A stretch of DNA of 62,222 nt, the filler included, from Chrysochromulina tobinii (Eukaryota): assembly GCA_001275005.1 (NCBI GenBank). It is 8 parts of 8 records of this genome, joined end to end, with 100 filler letters (N's around TTAATTAATTAA, not from the genome) between each part and the next. Parts side by side here need not be neighbours in the genome. Positions count along the whole stretch, not along the records: positions 31,082 to 43,673 come from JWZX01001156.1; positions 43,774 to 54,173 come from JWZX01001157.1; 6 more parts are not named here. One strand, given 5' to 3'. The position numbers and the translations under genes were made by a program. Each line of letters begins with the position of its first letter. The first letter of the stretch is position 1. Of the stretch, positions 36,501 through 46,501 are shown one piece after another. The notes under the pieces are model-generated. The model was not told the DNA's origin. It did no database searches and was given only the letters and a program-made list of their open reading frames with translations.

Positions 36501-39500
36501 AGAGTGGCGCCTTCCACACGAGTGCGATTTTGCTGCCTTTTGTGCACTGCTTTGGCGCATGCACTCGAACAAGGCTACCTCTCTTGACCGCGTCTCCAAG
36601 GAGATGCTCGAACTCCTCCCCGACGCGCTGCGTCGTCCCTTCTACGTTGCGGCCATGGCTGTGGCCACTCCCGACGCGCGCGGTGCCCGCTCCAAGCCCG
36701 CGTACTGGACGCGCGTGCCGGTCAAGCTCCTCGATAAGAAGGTCCCGTCGCCGTGCATCTCCAAGAAGCGCGACATCGGTCTCCCTTCGCAGTTGCTGAA
36801 GATTCAAGCGGGTCTCTACCTGCCCGCGTACGCGGCAATCATGGGACGGCTGCCTGGCAACTTTGGCTGGACGCCCGGAGTGGCTGCGCGTGGCGCCGCC
36901 TTGTGTGGCGGCCTCGTGCTCGATCACACACATCTCCTGTCGCACTTTCTCCTCGCCATTTACGCGGATATCCAGCGCTTCTTCCCGTCTATGGACCGTG
37001 GCTACGTCCTTATTGCTGAACAGTGGCGCGGGCTCCCGCGCGATGTGCGCGAGGCGACCCTTGCACTCTACCACGACTCCTGCTTCCTCTACGAGACGGA
37101 GCATGGGCTCGCCGAGGGTGCTGCGCGACCTGCTCGCGACTCGGGTGGCGTCGAGTTCGACTTCACGACCGTTCAGTCGCGGTGCGGCTACTTCCAGGGG
37201 TGCCTCCTCTCTACCGAAAAGGCCAAGATTTTTATGGCCAGCCTCAGCGAGGCGATCGACACGCTGGTCGGCGGCGGCGGGGTTCGTTTGTGGAACGGCA
37301 CTTTCCACGGGGGACGGCGGTACCCGAGCATTCTTTGCGCCGACGACCTGCTCGGTAGCTTGACGAGCTGGGTGGCTGGCATCGTCTTCATTCGCCTTCT
37401 GGACGAGTGGGCCGACGTCTCGGCTAGCCACTTTGGCATCGCCGACGACGCGTCCAAGACGACGTTCTCTGCCATCTTTGTCGATGGCTCCGGCGTGCCG
37501 CACGAAGCCCCGGCGCCGCCTGCGTTCCTCGCCGCCGCGCGCATTGGTGGCCGCGCCATCCCGCGCCTCCCGTACGACGCCGAGTACGCACACGTCGGCG
37601 ATCGACGCAAGCTCAACGGCGATCAGAGCCCCACCCGGGGCAAAGCGGTCGGCCTCTGCATGGCGTGGCTCAAGCGCGTTGAGCAGATGTGTAGGTGCAG
37701 CCCGCGCGAGTTTGCTCATGCTACATACGTTGGCCTTGCCTCTGTCATCGACGCGTACGCTCCGTTGGCGCCGCTGACTTTCGCGCAAGCCGAGGCGATC
37801 GAAAAGGTTAAGCGTGCTATTTATAAGCGACGCTTCCGCGGGCTGGTCTCTGCAGCCTGCGCCGACCGGTATCTACCTGATGCTCTGCGCGCGGCCCCAC
37901 AGTACGGTCTCCTCACGGCAGGCCTTCCCGAGGCCTCGCGTGTTGGCGATGGGTGGTTTCACTGCGCTTCTCTCAACGCCGCCAGCATCCACGCTGCTTT
38001 TACCGACGCCATCTCCGATGGCATCGACAGCCAGCTCCGATTCTGTGCCCGGGCGCTTCTTTCCCTTACGTGCTTTCTCTGGGGCAGCTTTGGTGCCCAT
38101 CCGGCCACTTGGTCTTGGGTACACCTCGAACATCTCCTTGCGAACCCGGATCCATCCGTCGGCTCCTCCTCGGTGGGCCGTGTCTTCGCCACCGAGGTCT
38201 ACATGAAAAACGTGGCTTTGCTTCGCCGACTCGCCGCATTGTCCAACGGCGATCTAGCGCCCTCGTTCAACTTCACCTTCGAGCACGTACCGCCCGCCGG
38301 GGATCCCTTTGATCGGACCGCCCTCATCTACTCTTCCAAGCTGGCGCATGATACCTTACGCTTGTTTGAGGGCGACCTCATCTCGGAGACCACGTGCGTG
38401 CAACTTGGGCGACGGCGTCGACCGGTGTGGCTTCTCCTCTCTGCAGGCATTGTCGTCCGGTCGCATGTATGTCGTGCAGACGGCTCCGACTTTATGACCT
38501 TTGCTGAAGCGGCGCTGGTCGTACCCGCGTTTGCGCGACGTGCGGGTTCTGCACTCCTCGCCTCGCAACGCGCGTGGGATCAACTGATCACCGACCTTCG
38601 CGATCTCGACGTCGAGACGGTCCCGGGGGAGGCCGTCCTCGATGCACAGACGATCTGGCGGGGCACGGCGTTCAACATGGCCGGGGCGCCTGACGGCTCC
38701 GCCGGCACTGGGCCCCGCGCCGAGCTCGATGATCTCATACAGCGCATGGCGAACGGCGACGTCGCCGCCGCGAGCGAGTGGACAGCTGCTTATCGCACCT
38801 GGTCCGCGGCACCACCCCCCCCGCGATGCGAACGGCCGCTGCCGTCACCCACCGCGGAGGAACTCTGCGGTCCTCACACCCGATTTCTCGTCCCTGCGCG
38901 CGGAGGGGAAATCGAGACCATTGTCCGAGGACGGCCCGCCCCGACCTGCTCCGCGGTTGATGCGGCTGTGCTTGCGCGGTTCCAGTCGCAATCGTGGCGC
39001 GTCGCCCGCGACGGCCGCTCGCTTGCCTGCTCCCACGGCACCGAGCTCCGGCAGGCGTCCGTCATCGTCCAACTCTACGCGGCCGCGCTCCCCATCGCCA
39101 TCGCTGCGTTCGACCGCGAGCAAGCCGCCAAGGCTCATCGTCGTCTCAAAGTCAACGAGAAGCGCAACCTTGCTGGACTCGACCCGCTGCCGCCCGATGA
39201 GCCTACTCCCGAGGAGAGGTCCTGGCAAGGGGGACCGGGCTTCTGCGTTGCGCTCGCCAATGCAACCCTCGACGAGATGCTCGCCGACGAGCAGAGCCAA
39301 GGGTTCGCCTACACGGCTGCGGTTGTCGGCGATGGGTCGTGGGATCCTCGGCGGAAGCGCCTCTCGCGCGCCGCGCTGATGCATACCGGCGCATGCCTCG
39401 GCGGCGCTCTCGCTGCCGACGACTTGATTGGAGGCACTCGCGACAACTACGATGCCGAGCTTGCGCATCGCGTCGATGCGCTCGCACGGCTCGAGGGACA

Positions 39501-41784
39501 GCGCGTCTTCTATATCTTTGACTCCACCTCTCCCATTCTCGCAGGAGAGCACTTTCGCCGCCTGAGTCTCCCAGCTCGATCGCGCATGCTCTGCGACGAT
39601 TGGCTCGCCTGGGCCATGTCGTTTGAGCAGCGCCTAGAGACGCTCACCTATTGGTGGTCGCACTCTCACTGCGGCCATTTGCCCGAAGCTGCCGTCGACG
39701 CGCTCGCCAAATCGTTTCTCGCAGGCGATCCGATGCCCCTCCCTCGCCCTCTCGAACCCCCTCGCCATCGGTCCATTCGGCACTATGCCAAGGGCTCGGA
39801 GCGCGACCTCATGCTGCACGTGTACAACCTACACGTCGTGCGGACGCACTACACCGCGCCCTCTTCGATGTTCGCACGTCCAGGGTGCCTCGAGCTTCTG
39901 CGGGTTGCCAAGCTCAACGATCAGCAGCGCTCCACCGTGTTGGCAGTTCGAGATGATCGAGTACGGCTCTTGGGCAGCCGAATCTTTCGGGACACGGGCC
40001 CGCATTCCCTCGGGGCGGTGCTTACTAAGCTGGGCTGCCCGTGCGGCAAGGGGCGACAGACTGTCGAGCATGTTCTCTGGGAGTGCGAGCTGTCCAGCGT
40101 CGTCGCGCGGCGCGCGACGCTCCTCACTCCCGCCTGCACCGTCCTTGGTACCGCACTTGATCGCTGCGAACCCATCACACGCGATCACGCTGTCTCCTCG
40201 ATTGTGCGCCGCGCTCTTGAACGCGGGCAACGCCCGGAGGCGTATCGCACGCTCACGGGTGCTGGGACGCCCCTGAGCATTTCGCGAGACGAGGCTCGGC
40301 AGGCTGCTCTCGCGCACGTACTCGGCATCGTTCAAGAGCCTCTGAACTGGTTTCGCCCGACCAGTCAGCTTGCCCGCCCTCTCCTCCATGCCTCTCTTGC
40401 AATGATTGCTGCCGCGATCCAGGCCTCCACGACCACACTCCGGCATGCCATCCTCACCAGCCGGCGCCGAATGACCCTCTCCTGCGCCCTCCAGCGGCTT
40501 CGGTATCAGACTTGGACCCACCCTAAGCCCGCAGGCACGCCGTGCAGGTGTTGTGCAATCCCCGGCTCGCCCGCGCCGGGCGTTCATGTCCTCGGGTCGC
40601 GTCGTCCGATCGATGGTGCTCGCGCTCTTCAAGCTGTTCAACAGCGGGAGGGCGTCCGCGCTCAGGGTCCTCCCCAGCTCTCGAGCATTCGCTCTCTCGT
40701 CACCCGTGCTCGTGAGGAAGCATTTCTCTCGAGCAGCGCTGCTCTCGAGGTCTCTTTTCGACTACAGCAGGATTGCCTCGCACGGGACGACGACGCATCC
40801 GCCACGTTTGCACGTGTCAATGACGCTCGAGCGCTTGCCGACGACGCTCGGACGCGTGCTGACGACGCTCGGGTGCTTGCTGATGCGCTCGACGGGATCG
40901 ACGAACTTTCTTCTACGCAGGCATGTGCAGACGCGGAGCGTGCATGCGCAGACGCGGAGCGTGCAAGTGTAGACGCGGCGCGTGCACTCGCTGCGCATCG
41001 CGCGGCCGTCATCGCAGCCGCCAATGCTGCTCGACTCTCGAACGCGGCGGACGCCCGCTATCGTGACCTCGACTCGCACGCTCATCGGGTCTCGGACTTT
41101 GCGTATTTCGCCGCCCAACATGTCTCTGGTATCATCCTCGACAGCCAACGTGCTGCGGTTCGATCACATCGGGCTCAGAAGGCGGCCGCGGCGGCGCGGG
41201 CGGCGGCGACGCCGCGCCTCACCCCTGCGGAACGCCGGGTGCTCACGGTCCAGCGTAAGCGTCGGCGGCGAGAGGAGCAGGAGGCGGACTCGACCGTCCA
41301 GTTTCTCCTCGCTAAACGACGCCTCGATGCGTGCCCGGCAGCCGCTGACATGGTCACTCGGGCTCGCGCTGCTGCGCGCAGGTGTCGCGCGAACGTCTTG
41401 AGTCTCGACGATCGACTGCGGGCGACCCGCCGATCGGCGATTGTGGCCAGCTACTTGGCTTTGCGACGCGAGGTGGTGGGCGCTAATCATGCGGTTCAGG
41501 AGATCGTTCTGCGTATGCGCACGGCTGCGCGCGACATGCGCAGAGGGGTGCTTGCTCGGAGACTACACGGGCCTCCCCCTCGGATAGGGTACGAGCGGCG
41601 AGTGTGGATCCGGCTCGCGGGGCTTACGCCGCCGCGGCGCTCGCGCGTGCGTGCTGCGGCAGCTGTGGCCGCCGCGAACAGCGGTCCTATTGGTACCTCT
41701 ACTATACATTCGGGGGAAGGGGGGCACCGGTCTGGAGCAGATGCTAGTCCGGCGCTCTCCCTTCCCCCACGACTTGCCGATTAA
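33556..41784 (+). CDS. LINE polyprotein: possible GNAT, APE endonuclease, reverse transcriptase, RNase H, zinc knuckle, helical/basic tail
   Basis: APE motifs LVWNAAG, VLNEI, LAVYG, VAGDLN, TLDHVL, SDH (34639-35478). RT motifs KKRDIGL, ADIQRFFPSMDR, GYFQGCLLS, LCADDL. RNase H motifs VGDGSW, DAEL, IFDSTS, SHSHCG...VDALAK. Knuckle CPCG...EHVLWEC. The listed start is TTG, so the true start is uncertain. Confidence 0.93.
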   Translation: MALSALQRNYPGLAPSRLRRIWSRLAGNAQFRGYQVGWAVVRGHGSDPLIAVAKLLVSSREVWVDELAATRDGSAAARWALLSALESALELRLTAPEAVVRLRVALAPSRDSRGAHGMYRNQLHLRDGVPELPGPWQHDCTEPGYVLMHGLVGELVARLCVVLSSRPNAPGTQFYWRTSCSIPAAFSLAFASTASLLAPIGTAASPDGAAASCTPPDAAPCDALDRSVLVPLSSVTPSAPAGSSRPPFDVDPAAGLLTPPPRGRSGTAWEDEGALLHAIVAASCEPSSACHAPPTDDDPTDVRPPPPPLSPSLPRLRFDTLPSSHPSTPTVDPAPSTSTGTQALVAPLLPSAPVLPPRGESLLVWNAAGWWCGDSESGSDEHQAIVASRYDVLNPLLRGRDAPTYIVLNEISGSMRDSAHPRGLGAWLRAAGYGHFFYPGGSTTRQRSDGSTGATGGVLLAWMRSETSACGSPHFDPKSMTIALDFRHRSCARDAPPMRLLAVYGAHRRNGREQALRAITRHVTQTRGCLVAGDLNVVPSSTWKCRARRMTVADEEFAALTDGGALLDAGTSMVHIVDLGLDHDRGQFSRAHWTATLADGSPQGTATLDHVLTAGLERGRWQRRAAWYAFGDDGKLLSDHMVIVVDRASRSVTSDDRGVHRPPRFLVSRWSGRQRAAFIASFERNLQQLRAGAWRACPGEARQSLAEGATAITQLVSLLNVAALAAEGSVRSDPRGDRLRRVHDGGGGLQGVKAQLQRQQGILRRVRVARLAVEHAAASLAALRHDVLAHLRLRAELQLQSALATERALYTPTSATYLARHDRSLHRALLRPYLGPPDQAAAVRSSAAASRLLRDITYYSHQLRKLERRADRPIWQGIADAMAGGGRDAIVAAMRRPTQRDGSHGGIMGLYRNDQPMVNRNGAQVPGEWISEPSAVRAEAGAIYRHIDDANFGAGTVDARVIGFHNALCQPPWPELPGHDGSEWRLPHECDFAAFCALLWRMHSNKATSLDRVSKEMLELLPDALRRPFYVAAMAVATPDARGARSKPAYWTRVPVKLLDKKVPSPCISKKRDIGLPSQLLKIQAGLYLPAYAAIMGRLPGNFGWTPGVAARGAALCGGLVLDHTHLLSHFLLAIYADIQRFFPSMDRGYVLIAEQWRGLPRDVREATLALYHDSCFLYETEHGLAEGAARPARDSGGVEFDFTTVQSRCGYFQGCLLSTEKAKIFMASLSEAIDTLVGGGGVRLWNGTFHGGRRYPSILCADDLLGSLTSWVAGIVFIRLLDEWADVSASHFGIADDASKTTFSAIFVDGSGVPHEAPAPPAFLAAARIGGRAIPRLPYDAEYAHVGDRRKLNGDQSPTRGKAVGLCMAWLKRVEQMCRCSPREFAHATYVGLASVIDAYAPLAPLTFAQAEAIEKVKRAIYKRRFRGLVSAACADRYLPDALRAAPQYGLLTAGLPEASRVGDGWFHCASLNAASIHAAFTDAISDGIDSQLRFCARALLSLTCFLWGSFGAHPATWSWVHLEHLLANPDPSVGSSSVGRVFATEVYMKNVALLRRLAALSNGDLAPSFNFTFEHVPPAGDPFDRTALIYSSKLAHDTLRLFEGDLISETTCVQLGRRRRPVWLLLSAGIVVRSHVCRADGSDFMTFAEAALVVPAFARRAGSALLASQRAWDQLITDLRDLDVETVPGEAVLDAQTIWRGTAFNMAGAPDGSAGTGPRAELDDLIQRMANGDVAAASEWTAAYRTWSAAPPPPRCERPLPSPTAEELCGPHTRFLVPARGGEIETIVRGRPAPTCSAVDAAVLARFQSQSWRVARDGRSLACSHGTELRQASVIVQLYAAALPIAIAAFDREQAAKAHRRLKVNEKRNLAGLDPLPPDEPTPEERSWQGGPGFCVALANATLDEMLADEQSQGFAYTAAVVGDGSWDPRRKRLSRAALMHTGACLGGALAADDLIGGTRDNYDAELAHRVDALARLEGQRVFYIFDSTSPILAGEHFRRLSLPARSRMLCDDWLAWAMSFEQRLETLTYWWSHSHCGHLPEAAVDALAKSFLAGDPMPLPRPLEPPRHRSIRHYAKGSERDLMLHVYNLHVVRTHYTAPSSMFARPGCLELLRVAKLNDQQRSTVLAVRDDRVRLLGSRIFRDTGPHSLGAVLTKLGCPCGKGRQTVEHVLWECELSSVVARRATLLTPACTVLGTALDRCEPITRDHAVSSIVRRALERGQRPEAYRTLTGAGTPLSISRDEARQAALAHVLGIVQEPLNWFRPTSQLARPLLHASLAMIAAAIQASTTTLRHAILTSRRRMTLSCALQRLRYQTWTHPKPAGTPCRCCAIPGSPAPGVHVLGSRRPIDGARALQAVQQREGVRAQGPPQLSSIRSLVTRAREEAFLSSSAALEVSFRLQQDCLARDDDASATFARVNDARALADDARTRADDARVLADALDGIDELSSTQACADAERACADAERASVDAARALAAHRAAVIAAANAARLSNAADARYRDLDSHAHRVSDFAYFAAQHVSGIILDSQRAAVRSHRAQKAAAAARAAATPRLTPAERRVLTVQRKRRRREEQEADSTVQFLLAKRRLDACPAAADMVTRARAAARRCRANVLSLDDRLRATRRSAIVASYLALRREVVGANHAVQEIVLRMRTAARDMRRGVLARRLHGPPPRIGYERRVWIRLAGLTPPRRSRVRAAAAVAAANSGPIGTSTIHSGEGGHRSGADASPALSLPPRLAD

Positions 41785-41948
41785 CGGCTTGTGTTCACAC
41801 GAGTTCTTTGTGTTGGCACGGGCTGTGTCGGCCACACCTCCGTCCATAGTGATAGTGGCTCTCGTGCTTGGGGGTCCGGAGAGTGTGCGCGTTGTGTTGA
41901 GCAGCAGCAGCAGCTGCACAGGAAAGTTACCATTTTGGGAATTCATCC

Positions 41949-43673
41949 ATGGACGCGAGTGGTGGTAGCTTCGTGGCGGCCAATGCGATGGTCGACGCGC
42001 TCCGTCGCGGCGACGAGGCCAAGGCCGAGGGCCTCATCGACAGGGTGACAGGAGCGGCCCACCTCGGCCTTTGCCTGCTTCGTGCATGTGAGACTGGTCA
42101 CCCTAAGTGCACGAAGCTGCTGCTCGCCGCCCACGCCGCCGTCGACCATGCAGACAGCGACGGCGTCACGCCTCTGTTCGCCGCCTGCGTCAAAGGGCGC
42201 GGCGACTGCGTGCAGCTACTGCTCGCCGCCCACGCCACCGTCGACCAGGCAGACAGCGACGGCAACACGCCTCTGATCGCCGCCTGCGACAGAGGCCACG
42301 GCGTCTGCGTGCAGCAGCTGCTCACCGCCCACGCCGTCGTCGACGAGGCAGACAGCAACGGCTTCACGCCTCTGATCGCCGCCTGCGACAAAGGGTACGG
42401 CGACTGCGTGCAGCTGCTGCACGCCGCCCACGCCGCCGTCGACCAGGCAGACAGCGACGGCAACACGCCTCTGTTCGCCGCCTGCGGCAAAGGCAACGGC
42501 GACTGCGTGCAGCTGCTGCTCGCCGCCCACGCCGTCGTCGACCAGGCAAACCGCAATGGCTTCACGCCTCTAATCGCCGCCTGCACCAAAGGCGACGGCG
42601 GCTGCGTGCGGCTGCTGCTCGCCGCCCACGCCGCCGTCGACCAGGCAGACAGCAACGGCAACACGCCTCTGATCATGGCTTGCGACAAAGGGCGCGGCGA
42701 CTGCGTGCGGCTGCTGCTCGCCGCCCACGCCGCCGTCGACCAGGCAAACACCGACGGCATCACGCCTCTGCTCATCGCCTGCGACAGAGGCCACGGCGGC
42801 TGCGTGCAGCTGCTGCTCGCCGCCCACGCCGTCGTCGACCAGGCAGACAGCAGCGGTACCACGCCTCTGTTCGCCGCCTGCGTCAAAGGGCGCGGCGACT
42901 GCGTGCAGCTGCTGCTCGCCGCCCACGCCGTCGTCGACCAGGCAGACAGCAACAGCCGCACGCCACTGTACGCCGCCTGCATCAAAGGCAGCGGTGACTG
43001 CGCGCGGCTGCTGCTCGCCGCCCACGCCGTCGTCGACCAGGCAGACAGCAGCGGTACCACGCCTCTGTACGCTGCCTGCGACAAAGGGTACGGCGGCTGC
43101 GTGCAGCTGCTGCTCGCCGCCCACGCCGCCGTCGACCAGGCAGACAGCGACGGTACCACGCCTCTGTACGCCGCCTGCGACGAAGGCCACGGCAAGTGTG
43201 TGCAGCTGCTGCTCGCCGCCCACGCCGCCGTCGACCAGGCACACAGCGACGGCGTCACGCCTCTGATTGCCGCCTGCGATGAAGGCCACGGCGGCTGCGT
43301 GCGGCTGCTGCTCGCCGCCCACGCCGCCGTCAACCAGGCAGCCTGTGACGGCGTCACGCCTCTGTACGCCGCCTGCTTCAAAGGCCACGGCAAATGCGCG
43401 CAAATGCTGCTCGCCGCCCACGCCGCCGTCAACCAGGCAGCCAGCAACGGCGTCACGGCTCTGATCGCCGCCTGCAACGAAGGCCACGGCGACATAGTCA
43501 AGGTGCTCGTGCATGCTGGCGCACGCACCGACATGCGATGCGGTGCGGCCACAGCCCTCAATCTCGCAGAGGCCCACGGCCATACCGCCATCGCAACATT
43601 CCTGCGCAGCCGGCGCCGCGCACCTGCGACGATCGCTGCGGTCGCTCCGGTGTCGAGTGCTGAGCGTGCGGCT
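41949..43673 (+). CDS. Ankyrin-repeat protein (~16 repeats), 3'-truncated
   Basis: 33-aa/99-bp units GxTPLxAACxxGxGxCVxLLLAAHAxVDQAD. Confidence 0.95.
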
Positions 43674-43773
43674 NNNNNNNNNNNNNNNNNNNNNNNNNNN
43701 NNNNNNNNNNNNNNNNNTTAATTAATTAANNNNNNNNNNNNNNNNNNNNNNNNNNNNNNNNNNNNNNNNNNNN

Positions 43774-43776
43774 CCA

Positions 43777-43813
<37 letters not shown>

Positions 43814-44476
43814 GGCCGCCGCGGCCGCCGCCGATTCCGAGAAAGGCACGCAGCTTCGGAAAGATGCGCGCCAGTTTGGTCGCGAAGCGAAGGGTCTCGC
43901 CAGCTGGCAGCTGCTCGACGTCAGCATCGTCTTTGAAACCTGGTGGGTCCTCATTGCCAAGGCGACGAAACAGCTTCGTGAGCCACTCGACGTACTCGTC
44001 TGGATCCGTACTGACGGTCCAAACGTCGGCCAATTCAAAAACGGAGTCCAAGAAGAGGCGCTCGTTCAGGCTCTTATTGCCTTTCCTGTCTTCTTCCCAG
44101 GCCTGCTCTGCCTGTTGCTTGCATACCTCTGCGTCGGCAACTTCACCTTCTTCTGTAAGCGCGAGCCCAATCTTTGTGAAGACCATCACATACCTATTGC
44201 GGTCGACACTCGCCTTCTTGCCGCCACTGGTTACTGCTTGCCACCAAACGTCGAGGATGGCGAGCACATCGGGATGGCTCCGGTTCCTTGCGCGTGCCTT
44301 GAGGTTGTCTGCTGTGTACATGGCTTCATCACCTTGTTGCCACCACATCAGGTTCGCTAAATCCTCTGCCTTGGCTACTTTTGTGACCACCAGCGGTGGC
44401 ACCTCCACACCGGGCCTCCAGCCACGGGCCGCCGGCGAGAGTGGAGAGGACGGCGATGGAGGAGCTGCCTGCATCT
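43774..44476 (-). CDS. Conserved hypothetical protein with an EF-hand-like segment, 3'-truncated
   Basis: WEEDRKGNKSLNERLFLDSVFELADVWT...EYVEWLTKLF resembles an uncharacterised protist domain. Confidence 0.55.
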
Positions 44477-45048
44477 TGCCAGGTGTCCGCTCCGAGCCGC
44501 GAACGCTGTGAGCACCCTGCGTCCACCCACTCCTCACAACTTTTCGTGACGCGGTTGATGCGGGCGGGCGGGTCGGGAGAGGGGAGTGAAGTGCTCACAC
44601 CGCGCTACGCGCGCCCCCGTGGGCGTTCACACAACACATCGTCAGCACTAACGTGCTCTCCTCACCTAGAGGGATCGGCATCCTCGCGCAGTCCCCCACG
44701 GCGCGACCAGAGGGGAAGGAGGGCGACGCACGCGTCGGACCCCCCCACACACACAAGCCACCGACAGGGTACGAACGCGGCACGGCTCCAAAGCCGGCAG
44801 TCTCAGTCCTCCTCGCACTCAGTACTCTCTCAGCAGCCGCTCCGGTTGAGGGCGGGCGGGTGGGCAACCAATGGGCGGCTGCTGCGCACCCCCCTTCGGA
44901 CCCGCGGGGCCCCGACCACCCGACGGGCGGGCGCTGACCGCGCCCTCCCCCCGGCCGGTCCCCCCGCTCAGACGCGCGGCACTCGCGACGGTCTGACCCC
45001 GAATCGACAGCTGGAGCTGGCGCCGCCGCGGCGATTCCACACCTAACT

Positions 45049-45987
45049 ATGCATGCATGCGCGAGACCCGTTCTGCGCCTGCCACCCCCGGGGGGAAGAC
45101 TCACGCCCCCCCTTCAGGGCCCCCGCATCCGCGCTGAGACGAGCGCGACCTCCGCCGAGCGACGGCGGACGCGCCCCGGAATGCGTGCGATTGCGCTCTC
45201 TACCTTGCGACCTCGAGGCAGTCCGCTCCAAATGAGCAGCCTCACCGGCGGCCAGGCGGCGGGTGCCCTGGCATCATCGGCAGTGATCCTCGAGGCAGTG
45301 CAGGTTGCAGGCACGGCCGCAGCCCTGGCCGTTGCACAGCATCAGCTCGGAACGAGCAATCCTTTCGAGACCGTTGGGTCTCTAGTTGCCCTTTTGCAAG
45401 ATCTGGGACTCGCCGGCTACGCTGTCTTCTCGGCCATCGCGGTCTTCTTCCAAATCTTTCCGATTGTGAGCGCATATCTTGTGATGCTAACCGCCGGTGC
45501 CATCTTCGGAGCTGCCAAGGGCACCGCGACCGTGCTCATGTGCTCGACCATCGGCGCGACGCTCTGTTTCCTGATTGCACGCACGTTTGCTCGCGACGTC
45601 GTCATCGAGTCTGCGAAGGAGTCGACACAGTTCTTGGCTCTTGACAAGGCCTTAGGTGAAGCCACCTTTTCCAAATCAGTTACGCTCATCACACTTCTGC
45701 GCCTGTCGCCGGTGATCCCTTTCGTATGGGGCAGTTACGTCTTTGGTCTCCTGCCCATATCGATCTTCACCTTTGCCGCCGGTACCTTTGTCGGCTGCCT
45801 GCCGTATGCCGTCGCTGCGAGCATCTCTTCTGAGCAACTGGGGGTTGAGGCGGCTGTCCACGGCGAGGCCCTGAACCCATACCTGCTGGGCCTCGGAGTG
45901 GCTGCCACCATCGGAGCGCTCGGCGTCGCGGGCAACTTGGCGACCGATGCCCTCCGCGAGGCGGGCCTTGATGTCTCGACTGACTGA
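45049..45987 (+). CDS. VTT/DedA-family (TVP38/TMEM64, SNARE-associated) membrane protein
   Basis: LTAGAIFG...STIGATLCFLIARTFAR, LLRLSPVIPF and FAAGTFVGCLP. The start could be a downstream ATG (45181). Confidence 0.9.
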   Translation: MHACARPVLRLPPPGGRLTPPLQGPRIRAETSATSAERRRTRPGMRAIALSTLRPRGSPLQMSSLTGGQAAGALASSAVILEAVQVAGTAAALAVAQHQLGTSNPFETVGSLVALLQDLGLAGYAVFSAIAVFFQIFPIVSAYLVMLTAGAIFGAAKGTATVLMCSTIGATLCFLIARTFARDVVIESAKESTQFLALDKALGEATFSKSVTLITLLRLSPVIPFVWGSYVFGLLPISIFTFAAGTFVGCLPYAVAASISSEQLGVEAAVHGEALNPYLLGLGVAATIGALGVAGNLATDALREAGLDVSTD

Positions 45988-46501
45988 GTACATTAAAGCC
46001 GTTGAGTGCTTTCAGACACGACGCATGAATATCGAGCCCGGATTCCCGCGGATCATGCATATAAGGCAAGACGTTGACGAGCCATGACACGCATGAGAGT
46101 ACCGAGTACTGCCTTACGTATAACGGCAGTAACCACTTATTCAAGCCGCAAGCTAAACACGATATTGCGTACATAGTTGTCGTCCTTCTTACCCGTTAAG
46201 CTGACGTGATGTGAAACGGTGAAAGTCCGAGAGGCCACGGCAAAGCGCCGTTAATTATATCGCATATCCGATATCGCGGTTATGCGAGTTAACGTAAAAC
46301 TAAAAGTCCGTAACAATAATAAACGTATAGCCGCTAACAATAAACGTATAATTCGTAACACGGGGGCCACGAGCGGGTAGAGGCAAGAGCTCTAGGACAT
46401 TCGACGTGAAAGCTTGGGCGTTTGGGAGCTCGTCAGCTCGCACCGGGGCTATTCCCCATTCCTATCCCGTCACTCTCAAGCTGCAGACGGAATGACGGAT
46501 G

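Larger units (their letters stand above)
31082..41915 (+). mobile_element. Giant non-LTR retrotransposon (LINE), 5' end cut by the contig boundary
   Basis: Upstream ORF plus a 2742-codon ORF with APE, RT, RNase H and a Cys/His knuckle; short 3' UTR ending in (AGC)5 at ~41900. Confidence 0.88.

Noticed and set aside
33556..43673. RT beside a variable ankyrin array as a diversity-generating retroelement
   Set aside because: The RT is LINE-type with APE and RNase H; no template/variable repeat pair or adenine-specific variation is visible.
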